A DNA stretch of 64,000 nt from Candidatus Wildermuthbacteria bacterium (lineage in GTDB: Bacteria; Patescibacteriota; Minisyncoccia; Minisyncoccales; UBA10102): NCBI GenBank assembly GCA_016181405.1, contig JACOZJ010000004.1, forward strand, positions 5,479 to 69,478, in the 5' to 3' direction. This document shows positions 45,745-54,727 of this stretch, piece after piece. How positions within the stretch are numbered: position 1 is the first letter of the stretch; each line of letters starts with the position of its first letter. The position numbers and the translations under genes were made by a program. Below the pieces are notes generated by a model. It was given only the letters and a program-made list of their open reading frames with translations, did no database searches and was not told the origin of the DNA.

Positions 45745-46680
45745 TTAGGGACCAAAGATGCTTCTGACAGCCACAAACACTCCCTTCGAAAGCACTGCCA
45801 GCGCCAGCCCTATAGCAGTCCACAAGAACAGTTTTTTTGCCGTAGCCAGCCGGGTCGGATCGCCTCCTGCAGTCAAGAGCATCGTAGCGCCAATAAGAAC
45901 CATGAGGGTCGCTATAAGCAGTGCGATAACAAAAATCCAATTGCCGATATTCTCCAGCATAGCCATGAATTCGGCAGCGCTAAAAGTCGGGAGAGGAGAT
46001 GCCGCCGGAGGCGGGGGCGGAGGGGGTGGTGGCGGGGGCGGAGGGGGTGGTGGGGGATCAATAACGCTTGTAGCCAAAAACTGCCAGCTGCTTATGCCGA
46101 CCATAAAGTTCATATCAAAAGTGGCGCAGGATCCAGCGCCCAGGTTAAAACCCCTAAGCGCCATTCCATCCGTGTTATCTGCGCGCCAATCCCAAAACGT
46201 TGAAAGATTCCCTCCCGCAAGGACATATGTATCCGCACCCACACCGACAGGATCATCCCATACTGCAATTGATGCGCCCCCGGGAATTCCAGAAGCCGTA
46301 AGCCTTGCTTGGCCGATGGTGGCATTCGCATTTCGCCTGTCAAGCACAATTACAAGACTTACAACATTAAACGTAGTATCGCGATGAAGATACATGATGC
46401 TCCCGTCTGAAACAGAAGGGGCCAAAGCATCTCCATTGTAGCTGGCTGCTGAATAATTGTACCTCGAGGCTACGCCCTGAGTGTCGTCGATTGCCGAAAG
46501 CCACTTTAATGCAGTACCGCCTTGCCGAATTTCCCATTGGTTAGCACCCACTCCGCAAAGCTCAAGCGGCTCACCCATCGTTAAGGGAATACTTGTCTGC
46601 GCCTGCGCTGGAGAGGGCAAAAATCCCAAAGCGAAAACTGCTGTTGCGAAAACGACAGGAAAAAGAAGTTTCTTTTGCAT
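45745..46680 (-). CDS. Secreted protein: unknown N-terminal domain, poly-proline spacer and C-terminal VirB2/TrbC-like two-helix module (paralog D)
   Basis: ATG at 46680 (MQKKLLFPVVFATAVFALGFLPSPAQA). An 18-residue Pro run is followed by FMAMLENIGNWIFVIALLIATLMVLIGATMLLTAGGDPTRLATAKKLFLWTAIGLALAVLSKGVFVAVRSIFGP. Confidence 0.7.
   Translation of the reverse strand: MQKKLLFPVVFATAVFALGFLPSPAQAQTSIPLTMGEPLELCGVGANQWEIRQGGTALKWLSAIDDTQGVASRYNYSAASYNGDALAPSVSDGSIMYLHRDTTFNVVSLVIVLDRRNANATIGQARLTASGIPGGASIAVWDDPVGVGADTYVLAGGNLSTFWDWRADNTDGMALRGFNLGAGSCATFDMNFMVGISSWQFLATSVIDPPPPPPPPPPPPPPPPPAASPLPTFSAAEFMAMLENIGNWIFVIALLIATLMVLIGATMLLTAGGDPTRLATAKKLFLWTAIGLALAVLSKGVFVAVRSIFGP
46010..46051. repeat. 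Perfect tandem duplication of a 21-bp unit encoding poly-proline
   Basis: ggcgggggcggagggggtggt occurs twice on the plus strand and encodes most of the P18 tract of paralog D. Confidence 0.9.
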
Positions 46681-46682
46681 AG

Positions 46683-49025
46683 CTAAATTCCGAGAATTCC
46701 CTTGAGAACTTCGACCAATCCTTTGGAAATCAAGATAATGCCGAATCCGACAATAGTCCACAAAAGCATGCGGCGGGCGGTTGCCACTTTGCTAGGGTCT
46801 CCGGCCGCGGTCATAAAGATAACGCCAGCAATAACCAGCAGAATCGGCGCCACGATTACTGCTAAAGTAAAGAGAAAATTAATAATCCTGTTGATGAGGT
46901 CAGTGAACGATGTCGCGCCCAACGGATTTGGAAAAGTAAATACCCCTGCTCCAGGCGTAGGTGTAGCTCCAGATGTAGGAGTAGGTGTAGCTCCGGGCGT
47001 AGGCGTAGCTCCAGATGTAGGCGTAGGCGTAGCCCCTCCTGCGACAGTAATTGTTCGCGGCGTATTCGCGAATCCACCCACTCCATCAGTAATAATTAAT
47101 GTTGCAGTATAAGTGCCAACAGCGGAATAGGTATGCTGAACCGTAAAATCGCATGCAGGATCAACCGTACTAAGACAGCTGGCGCTATCTCCAAAATTCC
47201 AAGTAACAATCGTACCTGGGGTTGATCCGGTTGCGTCAAAGTTGACAACGAGCGGAGCAGGTCCGCTCGCAGGGCTCACGGTGAAAGTAGCGGTAAGCGC
47301 TGAAGTACCAGTACCTGAAACTGGAGTCGTTACAGTTATGGGGGCAAAAGGTCCTGGTGTTTGTACTGTCACCGTTTCATTGTAGGAAACGAGGGCTGTC
47401 GGGTTAAATGTAATGGCAACGTTCAGAGTTGCCCCCGGCGCAATAAGAGGCCAAGGGCCAAGCGGAACTTGAAATACAGAAGGATTACTACTGCTAATAC
47501 TTGTGATCGTAACGTTGCTCGCGCTCGTATTCGTAATAGTAAGAGTTTTGGGAAGAGAAGCAGTGCCCACTGCCTGGCTTCCAAAAGCGAGACCACCAGC
47601 AGGGCTTAATGTGATAGGAGCCCCACCGCCGGACACCGTAAATGTCTTATGAGGAGTAAATTCATCTGTATTGCCCATGCTATCCATTGCAACTGCCCAA
47701 TATTCAATCGTTATCCCTGCAGGAAACGGACCTGCCGGGGAAGAAGTGTATGAAGCACTTGTGCCAGTACCAATACAACTTGGCAGACCGCCTCCGATTG
47801 CACAGGTTGCATTGAGAACAGTAGCTCCCGTATCCGTCCTCTTTGCCAAAAGGTTAATAGCATTCATGTTGTTATCAGGATCGACAGCTGTGGCCGAAAA
47901 TGTTACTTGCTGCGTCGCATTTGGCGGATCAGGATTTGCGGTTACAGTACTCACATTAGGGGATGATCCCCCAGCAGGAGTCACGGTAAATGTTACCGAA
48001 ACATTCTGGCTTCCGATAGAACCTCCTGTGCTCGCGTCTGTCGCGGAAACGGTTATGGTCGCATTGTATGATCCCGCGGCGAAACCAGTAGGGTTAGCGC
48101 TCACAGCTCTTCCTTGAAACCCTCCTCCTGGCACTGGTATCGTGGAATTTAGAGGTGGTGTAATTTTGAGCCAAGTAGCGCTTGCGGGTGCTACAGACAT
48201 CACCCAGTTTAGCTCTCCTCCCCCCGTGTTTTGAATTTCGAGGAACTCTGCGGCAGTCTCCAACCCTCCCTCTATCGCAGAAAATACAAACGATGAGCTG
48301 CTCGGAGGAATATTAAGAATTGGGGAAGGAGAGCCCGGAACCACCGTAAAGGATGCGACAGGAGTAAACGCCCCATTCCCAACCAAATCTCTTGCGGTAC
48401 CATAATAGTTGTAGGTTCCGGCAGCCAAAGTTCCTACTATAAGTCCACAATTACCTGACGCACACGTCTTACTCTCTCCAGGATCAGCAAAAAAGCCATT
48501 TCCATTGAGGTCGACGAATATGCGCGTCTCCCCCCCGAGCATCCCACTTCCACCCGGATTATCATTTGCTGTAGTGATTAAAGAAACTGAATCTGCGGTC
48601 GTTGGATTGAGGGGACCATAAGCCGCTGAAACGGTCGGATCTGTAAAATCAATGCTGAAAAAACGGCTGTCTTCTGAAAAAGTCCCACCGGAAGACTCTG
48701 ATATCGCGGTTATCTTGCAGGCATCGACACCCTCGACTCTGCAATCCCGCCCCGCGCCCACAGTAACACCGAGGCTCGAGTTAGGAGTACGTGCGCTAAA
48801 AGGCACCGTAAGCATCATGCCATTGTAGATCTCATAATAGGCACGTACCGTTCCCATTGGGTCACTTATGGAAACATTGAACCCCGCGGGTCCCTGCCAT
48901 GAACTTGCGGCTGGCGAGTCAAAAACTGGGTGTACCACTTGTGCGGCGACGGACGAAGGAAATAAAGCGAAAACAAAAATAGCAAACGAAAGTCCGAACA
49001 ATGCGAAAAAAGATTTTGAAACCAT
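46683..49025 (-). CDS. Large secreted multi-domain protein (Ig-like/PKD domains), Thr/Pro linker and C-terminal VirB2/TrbC-like two-helix module (paralog E)
   Basis: Signal peptide from ATG 49025 (MVSKSFFALFGLSFAIFVFALFPSSVAAQ); the longest ORF starts at 49082. PKD-like FTVSPASGPAPLVVNFDATGS...HTYSAVGTYTATLIITDG. C-terminus FTDLINRIINFLFTLAVIVAPILLVIAGVIFMTAAGDPSKVATARRMLLWTIVGFGIILISKGLVEVLKGILGI. Confidence 0.75.
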   Translation of the reverse strand: MVSKSFFALFGLSFAIFVFALFPSSVAAQVVHPVFDSPAASSWQGPAGFNVSISDPMGTVRAYYEIYNGMMLTVPFSARTPNSSLGVTVGAGRDCRVEGVDACKITAISESSGGTFSEDSRFFSIDFTDPTVSAAYGPLNPTTADSVSLITTANDNPGGSGMLGGETRIFVDLNGNGFFADPGESKTCASGNCGLIVGTLAAGTYNYYGTARDLVGNGAFTPVASFTVVPGSPSPILNIPPSSSSFVFSAIEGGLETAAEFLEIQNTGGGELNWVMSVAPASATWLKITPPLNSTIPVPGGGFQGRAVSANPTGFAAGSYNATITVSATDASTGGSIGSQNVSVTFTVTPAGGSSPNVSTVTANPDPPNATQQVTFSATAVDPDNNMNAINLLAKRTDTGATVLNATCAIGGGLPSCIGTGTSASYTSSPAGPFPAGITIEYWAVAMDSMGNTDEFTPHKTFTVSGGGAPITLSPAGGLAFGSQAVGTASLPKTLTITNTSASNVTITSISSSNPSVFQVPLGPWPLIAPGATLNVAITFNPTALVSYNETVTVQTPGPFAPITVTTPVSGTGTSALTATFTVSPASGPAPLVVNFDATGSTPGTIVTWNFGDSASCLSTVDPACDFTVQHTYSAVGTYTATLIITDGVGGFANTPRTITVAGGATPTPTSGATPTPGATPTPTSGATPTPGAGVFTFPNPLGATSFTDLINRIINFLFTLAVIVAPILLVIAGVIFMTAAGDPSKVATARRMLLWTIVGFGIILISKGLVEVLKGILGI
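46948..47040. repeat. Tandem ~45-bp repeat encoding the (SGATPTPGATPTPT)x2 linker of paralog E
   Basis: ccaggcgtaggtgtagctccagatgtagga... is repeated with few changes. The protein reads GGATPTPTSGATPTPGATPTPTSGATPTPGAG. Confidence 0.8.
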
Positions 49026-49082
49026 TGGTTTATTGTACCGAAACCAAAATGCAAGAGCAAGAAAAGAGTTTATCCACAGCAC

Positions 49083-51572
49083 CTATACGCACGCGGCAGA
49101 GGCCACCTTATCACCGGACTCCAATTTCATAATGCGCACTCCTTGTGTGGAGCGGCTGATTTTCGGGATAGAATCAATTGCTGTCCGGATAACATGGCCC
49201 TGCCGGGAAATTACGATAAGATCTTCCTCTCCTTCTTCTTCTCCTCCCAGCACCCGCGCATAAGCCACTTCTCCGGTTTTAGAAGTAATATTCGCAGTTT
49301 TAATGCCAGATCCTCCACGGCCCTGCAGTCGGTACTCTTTGATATCTGTCCTCTTGCCGTAGCCGTTCTCCATAACCACTAATACAAACTGCTCTTGTTT
49401 CGGATTTCGTGCTTCGGATTTCGGATTTTGAATGACATCCATTCCTACGACCTCATCTCCTTTCTTTAGGCGAATCGCCCGTGTTCCGGCGGCGCTCCTT
49501 CCCATTGAGCGCACATCCTTTTCTTCGAACCGCACTGACTGGCCCTTTTTTGTAACGATAATCATTTCATCCTCTCCCGTGGTTTTCCGTACGGTCTTCA
49601 GCCCGTCGCCTTTCTTTAAGGTTATCGCAATAAGCCCATTGCGGCGCACGTTCTTGAAATCCTCCAGCGGAGTTTTCTTGATAATGCCGTTTTTCGTAAT
49701 CATCGCTAAGTATTTTACGCCCGCGGCCGCATCTTCCTTGCCCAAAGCAAAAGCCGACATCACTTTGTCTTCGGAGCTCATCTCAAAGAAATTCAAAAGC
49801 CCTCTTCCCTTTGACACCCGCGTACCTTCTGGAATTTCATATGCAGCCGCCCGAAACACTTTTCCTGAATCGGTAAACACCAAGAGAGAATCGTGCGTTT
49901 CCGCGAATAAAAAGTGCTCGACAATATCGTCCCCTGTTGTTTTCAGGCCAATAATTCCTTTCCCTCCTCTCTTTTGAATCTTGTACGCGGAAGGATTAAT
50001 GCGTTTAATGTATCCGCCCTGAGTAATAGTAATAATAGTGTCTTCCTGCGGAATAAGATCTTCTTCCGCGATTTCCCCTATGCCCTGCACCATTACCTTT
50101 GTTCTGCGTTCGTCTCCAAAAATTTGCTCAGCCTCCGCCAGCTCTTTTTTCAAAACGCCGTCTATTTTCTTGGGACTTGCCAAAATGGCAGACAGCTCCT
50201 TGATTTTTTCCCGAATCTCCTTAAGCTCATCTTCAATTTTCTGGCGCTCCAAACGGGCCAGCTGAGCCAAACGAGTATCCAAAATCGCGTTCGCCTGAAT
50301 TTCCGTCAGGCGGAAACGCTTCATTAAGTTTATTTGGGCATCTGCTCGGTCTGACGCTCGGCGGATAATGCGAATTACTTCGTCAATATTTTCCAAACAC
50401 TTGTGCAACCCCTCCAAAATATGCTCCCGCTCTTTGGCGCGCTCCAATTCGTATTTGGTGCGGCGCGTAATTACCTCTCTCCGGTGTTCAATGAAATAGT
50501 GCAAAATCTCAACCAAAGAGAGCACCTTGGGCTGCAAACCGTCCACCAAAGCGATCATATTCAGGTGAAACGATTTTTGCAGATCGGAAAACTTATAGAG
50601 ACGGTTTAAAATCTTCTGGGGTTGGGCTTCCCGCTGCAAATCGAACACAATGCGCAGGCCATCTTTGTCTGATTCGTCGCGAATATCTCTAATGCCGTCG
50701 ATTTTCTTGTCTCCTACGAGTTTCGCGAACTGCTCCACCAGCGAGGACTTGTTCACCTGATAAGGAATTTCGGTAATGATAATTTGCGTTTTCTTGCCCT
50801 GAGTTTGTCGAAGGGTCTTCTCGCCACCATCTACGATATCGGCTTTACCGCGCATGGTAATAGGGCCTCTCCCTTGCGAATAGGCTTCAATAATCTCTTT
50901 TCTGTTGTAGATAATGCCCCCTGTTGGGAAATCCGGCCCCTTGATGAACTCAAAAAGATCTTCCGTTGCCGCTTCCGGGTTGTCGATAAGGTACACGGCA
51001 GCATCCAGAATCTCCCGAATGTTGTGAGGAGGAATATTTGTAGCCATCCCCACCGCAATGCCCAATGTTCCATTGAGAAGAAGCTGGGGTAAGGGCGATG
51101 GAAGCACGACGGGCTCTTTTCGGGTGCCGTCGTAATTGTCCATGAAATTCACGGTATCTTTGCCGATGTCTTGGAGCATTGCTTCTCCTACGCGCGACAT
51201 TCTTGCTTCTGAATAACGCATTGCCGCCGGCGGATCCCCGTCTATGGAGCCGAAATTCCCTTGGCCGTCAATTAAAGGATAACGCATGGAAAAGTCTTGG
51301 GCCATGCGCACGAGGGAATCGTACACCGCCACATCTCCGTGCGGGTGGTAACGCCCCAAACAGCTTCCCACAACCGTCGCGCATTTTCGGTACTTGGCTC
51401 CATGCGTAAGCCCGTCTTCCTGCATGGCAAAAAGAATACGCCGGTGTACGGGTTTCAATCCGTCGCGCACGTCTGGAAGCGCGCGCGCCACTATCACCGA
51501 CATTGCGTAGTCGATGTAGGAGCCGCGCATCTCCTCTACGATTTCTCTTGGCTCTACTTTATTGTTCTCCAT
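49083..51572 (-). CDS. gyrA: DNA gyrase subunit A
   Basis: 829 aa. [33 protein letters not shown], the active-site region [10 protein letters not shown], and a C-terminal beta-pinwheel. Confidence 0.95.
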   Translation of the reverse strand: MENNKVEPREIVEEMRGSYIDYAMSVIVARALPDVRDGLKPVHRRILFAMQEDGLTHGAKYRKCATVVGSCLGRYHPHGDVAVYDSLVRMAQDFSMRYPLIDGQGNFGSIDGDPPAAMRYSEARMSRVGEAMLQDIGKDTVNFMDNYDGTRKEPVVLPSPLPQLLLNGTLGIAVGMATNIPPHNIREILDAAVYLIDNPEAATEDLFEFIKGPDFPTGGIIYNRKEIIEAYSQGRGPITMRGKADIVDGGEKTLRQTQGKKTQIIITEIPYQVNKSSLVEQFAKLVGDKKIDGIRDIRDESDKDGLRIVFDLQREAQPQKILNRLYKFSDLQKSFHLNMIALVDGLQPKVLSLVEILHYFIEHRREVITRRTKYELERAKEREHILEGLHKCLENIDEVIRIIRRASDRADAQINLMKRFRLTEIQANAILDTRLAQLARLERQKIEDELKEIREKIKELSAILASPKKIDGVLKKELAEAEQIFGDERRTKVMVQGIGEIAEEDLIPQEDTIITITQGGYIKRINPSAYKIQKRGGKGIIGLKTTGDDIVEHFLFAETHDSLLVFTDSGKVFRAAAYEIPEGTRVSKGRGLLNFFEMSSEDKVMSAFALGKEDAAAGVKYLAMITKNGIIKKTPLEDFKNVRRNGLIAITLKKGDGLKTVRKTTGEDEMIIVTKKGQSVRFEEKDVRSMGRSAAGTRAIRLKKGDEVVGMDVIQNPKSEARNPKQEQFVLVVMENGYGKRTDIKEYRLQGRGGSGIKTANITSKTGEVAYARVLGGEEEGEEDLIVISRQGHVIRTAIDSIPKISRSTQGVRIMKLESGDKVASAACV
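49397..49430. repeat. Heptamer-periodic module (GGATTTC units) in frame inside the gyrA C-terminal domain
   Basis: gtttcggatttcgtgcttcggatttcggattttg encodes (minus strand) [14 protein letters not shown]. Confidence 0.65.
50796..50816. repeat. Short hairpin motif CCCTGAG-N4-TCGAAGGG in frame inside gyrA
   Basis: gccctgagtttgtcgaagggt encodes TLRQTQG on the minus strand. It has the same arms as the terminator hairpin at 45094-45115 (its reverse complement reads ccctgagcgtagtcgaaggg). Confidence 0.55.
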
Positions 51573-51798
51573 TGCTCGAAGAAGGCATTTGGGCCTCCAG
51601 GTCTTTCAACTGTTTTTGCAACTCTTCGAACTGAAGCTGCTCTCCAATGCTCGGGCCTTGTTGAATTTGCATTCGCTCGCTTATTCGCGGAATCCACCAA
51701 GCAAGCAACCCAATTCCGATTGTAATCGTTACCCCCCATACGATCATTTTTTTCTGGAGGTCGGACAACCCCCGCAGTCGCTCTAAGAATTTTGTCAT
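51559..51798 (-). CDS. Small single-TM hypothetical protein
   Basis: 79 aa. TM segment [19 protein letters not shown] followed by an acidic coiled tail. Overlaps the gyrA start by 14 nt. Confidence 0.5.
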   Translation of the reverse strand: MTKFLERLRGLSDLQKKMIVWGVTITIGIGLLAWWIPRISERMQIQQGPSIGEQLQFEELQKQLKDLEAQMPSSSNGEQ

Positions 51799-51805
51799 AC
51801 CGGCT

Positions 51806-52459
51806 TTACGGCTGCAATACCATAACTTTGGTTTCTTCTGAAGTAAAATCCCGAAGCTTTATTACAAGCTTTGGTTGCGCTTCCGCATTCTTAACTCCCA
51901 TTTCCTTCAGAAACTCATCAACTTTTTCCAGTTTAAATCGAAGGTTCGCCAGCATATAATGCATAGGAATTACAATGCGGGGTTCAATTTGGCTTACGAT
52001 TTTTGCGGCTGCCTTCGCCCCTATAGTATACACGCCTCCCACCGGAATAAGCAGAATGTCCACATTTCCTATCCTACTCACCTGATCTTCGGTGAGTTCA
52101 CCCTGCCCTAGGTCGCCCAAATGGCAAAGCCGCATGCCTTCAGCTTCGATTACATATATAGTGTTCTTGCCTCGTTCTTTGCCCTCTTTCTCGTCGTGGA
52201 ACGACGGAATGCCCCGTACAGATACATCTTTTATTTCATATTCACCCGGCCCAGTAATAACAAAAGGGGTCCCTTTCACCGCTTTCACATTATTATGATC
52301 TTCATGATCATGGGTTGAAAGCACTATGTCTGCCTCGAGCACAGGCATTTTAAGGCCTATAGAGGGGTCAAAAGGGTCAATCACGAGCTTCACCTGCTCC
52401 TGTTTGTTCCTCTGAGCGATAACGGAAAAACAGGCTTGTCCTTTCCAAATTATCTGCAT
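51806..52459 (-). CDS. MBL-fold metal-dependent hydrolase (UPF0173-like)
   Basis: ATG at 52459. MQIIWKGQACFSV...IDPFD...DIVLSTHDHEDHNN. Confidence 0.85.
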   Translation of the reverse strand: MQIIWKGQACFSVIAQRNKQEQVKLVIDPFDPSIGLKMPVLEADIVLSTHDHEDHNNVKAVKGTPFVITGPGEYEIKDVSVRGIPSFHDEKEGKERGKNTIYVIEAEGMRLCHLGDLGQGELTEDQVSRIGNVDILLIPVGGVYTIGAKAAAKIVSQIEPRIVIPMHYMLANLRFKLEKVDEFLKEMGVKNAEAQPKLVIKLRDFTSEETKVMVLQP

Positions 52460-52546
52460 ACGAGCACAGTGTAGCATAGAAGCGCGCCGGATTCAACGAG
52501 GGGTGAGGGCTTGCAAAAAAGTTCATTCTCTTGTAGTGTGGAGTGG

Positions 52547-53710
52547 ATGCTAAAGACAATCAATCCGCCCTTAGTTGGCGAAAAACCAAGACTCGATCTT
52601 GTAAAGCCGTTCCGGATAGGAGATCTCGTGGAAGGTCAAGTTTTAGGCATTGGCCGCTCCGCGGTGTATTTGGATTTGGGCCCGCAAGGAACTGGCATTA
52701 TTTATGGCCGGGAGTTTTTGGAAGAGAAAGCCGCGCTCAAAGAAGTCACGCCCGGAGAAAAGATAGTGGCAAAAATTGTTGATTTGGAAAATGATGAAGG
52801 TTATATTGAGCTCTCGCTCCGGGAAGCAGGAAGAGAACTCACTTGGGATAAGCTTAAGGAAAAGAAAGAAAAGGAAGAGGTGCTCAAAGTAAAAATTATC
52901 GGGGCAAACAAGGGAGGCCTTTTGGCAAACCTGCATGGCACACAAGCCTTCTTGCCGGTTTCCCAGCTTGCGCAAGAACACTATCCGCGCGTGGAAGACG
53001 GAGATTCCTCGAAAATCCTCCGCGCGCTGCAAGCGTTTATCGGCCAGGAGCTGGAACTGCAGATTTTCGACTTAGATCCTCGAGAAGGGAAAGTCATTCT
53101 TTCTGAACGCTCCGGAGAACGGGCAAAACTCAAAGAGCAGTTGGCGCGTTTTCAGGTGGGTGATGTTGTTGAAGGAGAAATTACAGGAGTAGTTGATTTT
53201 GGCGCATTTATCAAATTCCCGGTAGGCAAAGCAGATGAAGAATCTATTGAGGGGCTCATTCACATTTCGGAAATTGACTGGCAAATTATTGAAGACCCAG
53301 CGCAAATCCTGAAAGTGGGTGACAAGGTCAAGGCAAAAATCGTTGATCTTTCCCAGGGCCGTGCCTCTCTTTCTCTCAAGGCCTTAAAAGAAGACCCATG
53401 GCGAGAAGCAGAAAAAAAATACAGCAAGCTAAGCACCGTGAAGGGAAAGGTTACTAAGTTGAATCCTTTTGGCGCGTTTGTAGAGATTGAGGAAAAAATT
53501 CAAGGATTGTGTCACATCTCGGAGTTTGGCACGAAGACAAAAATGGAAGAAGTGCTGAAGCCTGGGCAAACCTACGCCTTTCAGATTTTGGAGCTCAATC
53601 CTGCCGAACATCGAATGAGTCTTCGCCTCGCGGCAGAGAGCGCATCAAATACTGCCTCAACACCAGAATCACAGCCGCAAAAAGAAGAGCAACCAGAAAC
53701 GCCCGAATAA
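52547..53710 (+). CDS. rpsA: 30S ribosomal protein S1 (four S1 domains)
   Basis: Repeated S1/OB motifs: GDLVEGQVLGIGRSAVYLDLG, VGDVVEGEITGVVDFGAFIKF, GKVTKLNPFGAFVEI. Low-complexity acidic tail. ATG at 52547. Confidence 0.88.
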   Translation: MLKTINPPLVGEKPRLDLVKPFRIGDLVEGQVLGIGRSAVYLDLGPQGTGIIYGREFLEEKAALKEVTPGEKIVAKIVDLENDEGYIELSLREAGRELTWDKLKEKKEKEEVLKVKIIGANKGGLLANLHGTQAFLPVSQLAQEHYPRVEDGDSSKILRALQAFIGQELELQIFDLDPREGKVILSERSGERAKLKEQLARFQVGDVVEGEITGVVDFGAFIKFPVGKADEESIEGLIHISEIDWQIIEDPAQILKVGDKVKAKIVDLSQGRASLSLKALKEDPWREAEKKYSKLSTVKGKVTKLNPFGAFVEIEEKIQGLCHISEFGTKTKMEEVLKPGQTYAFQILELNPAEHRMSLRLAAESASNTASTPESQPQKEEQPETPE

Positions 53711-54359
53711 AGACGGGGTCCCCAACAGCTTGGAAGAAAGAAGCCCAGACCGGCTCCTTTTTTGTTTCGTCCATAACGGCTAACGAATTTTGGTTTAATG
53801 TTACAAACTTCTCTTTGCCAAACAAACTGTTCTGTGCCTTCGGCGTTCCGCCCGTGTTCTTGCTTGAACCCCAGTTTTCCTCGTCTGCTGCCGGGCGATC
53901 CGGGAATCTTCGCTCCATAGTAAGTTTCAAATCATTGTCACCGCCATACCAGCCGCTCCCGGCATCAATTTCTTCTACTACAGTGCCCGAAGCATCTTTC
54001 AACACAACGTGCTGCCCAGGATTTTTGAATTTTCCTGCAAGCGTCGCATAATTTATATTTACTCCCGGAATTTTATCTGAAGCTCCCACCAAAAAATAGC
54101 CATTTGCTGGCACGCTTCCATATAGCACAATCGTAAAATCCAATCCGCCAGCTGGCGGACCTGAATACAATTCAATACGCCACCCCTGCACAAAAACTGT
54201 TTGTTCGCCAGCATTATACAGTTCTATCCATTCGTATCGCCACTCCTGTTTTGCATCCACCCCCTCCACCGGCACCCCCATCCACGCAATTTCATTGATG
54301 ATAATCTGCCCGAAAGCAACAGAAGGCAGTAGGAGTAAAACAGCAAATAGGAAAATCAT
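53595..54359 (-). CDS. Lamin-tail-domain (LTD) protein with signal peptide and C-terminal TM anchor
   Basis: MIFLFAVLLLLPSVAFG then IIINEIAWMG...EWIELYNAGEQTVFVQGWRI (LTD signature). C-terminal TM AFLVALLFAAVILVL. ATGA overlap with the vapC stop. Confidence 0.8.
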   Translation of the reverse strand: MIFLFAVLLLLPSVAFGQIIINEIAWMGVPVEGVDAKQEWRYEWIELYNAGEQTVFVQGWRIELYSGPPAGGLDFTIVLYGSVPANGYFLVGASDKIPGVNINYATLAGKFKNPGQHVVLKDASGTVVEEIDAGSGWYGGDNDLKLTMERRFPDRPAADEENWGSSKNTGGTPKAQNSLFGKEKFVTLNQNSLAVMDETKKEPVWASFFQAVGDPVFIRAFLVALLFAAVILVLRQYLMRSLPRGEDSFDVRQD

Positions 54360-54727
54360 TTCAATGCTTTTTCGAGGTTCTTATCGAACGTAAGTATCTT
54401 CATGCGACGCGACAAAAAGAGGAGCGCGTAATCAACGAAAGAAAGATTTTTTGTACTGCTCGAGAGGTAAAACGAAACGAGTTCGTCTAAAAACTGTCCT
54501 GAAGAAACGATAATCTGAATATCCCTATTTGCGTAAACTTTTTGAAGGAATGAGTCGGCAAACGATTTTCCCGCTTTTTGAGCGAGCACTGTGGTTACTT
54601 CTAAAATTACATATTCGGGAAGAGCCACCCGTTCTTTTAGTCCACCTATCGCGCGTTGCGCCCGGCCATGCAAAGAATCATCCTTATCGAAAAGGGCGAT
54701 CCATACGTTAGAATCGAGAACGATCAT
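54356..54727 (-). CDS. vapC: PIN-domain toxin VapC
   Basis: MIVLDSNVWIALFDKDD (first acidic residue) ... LPEYVILEVTT ... SFVDYALL. Confidence 0.88.
   Translation of the reverse strand: MIVLDSNVWIALFDKDDSLHGRAQRAIGGLKERVALPEYVILEVTTVLAQKAGKSFADSFLQKVYANRDIQIIVSSGQFLDELVSFYLSSSTKNLSFVDYALLFLSRRMKILTFDKNLEKALK

Noticed and set aside
45758-46387. 209-aa plus-strand ORF containing a poly-Gly run
   Set aside because: It is antisense to pilin-module protein D. The poly-Gly run is the reverse reading of the poly-Pro tract.
46940-47045. Tandem repeats that might suggest a CRISPR or minisatellite array (also 40700-40920 and 46010-46051)
   Set aside because: The repeats are contiguous, without unique spacers. 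They are in frame and encode Pro/Thr/Gly linkers of surface proteins. No cas genes are present.
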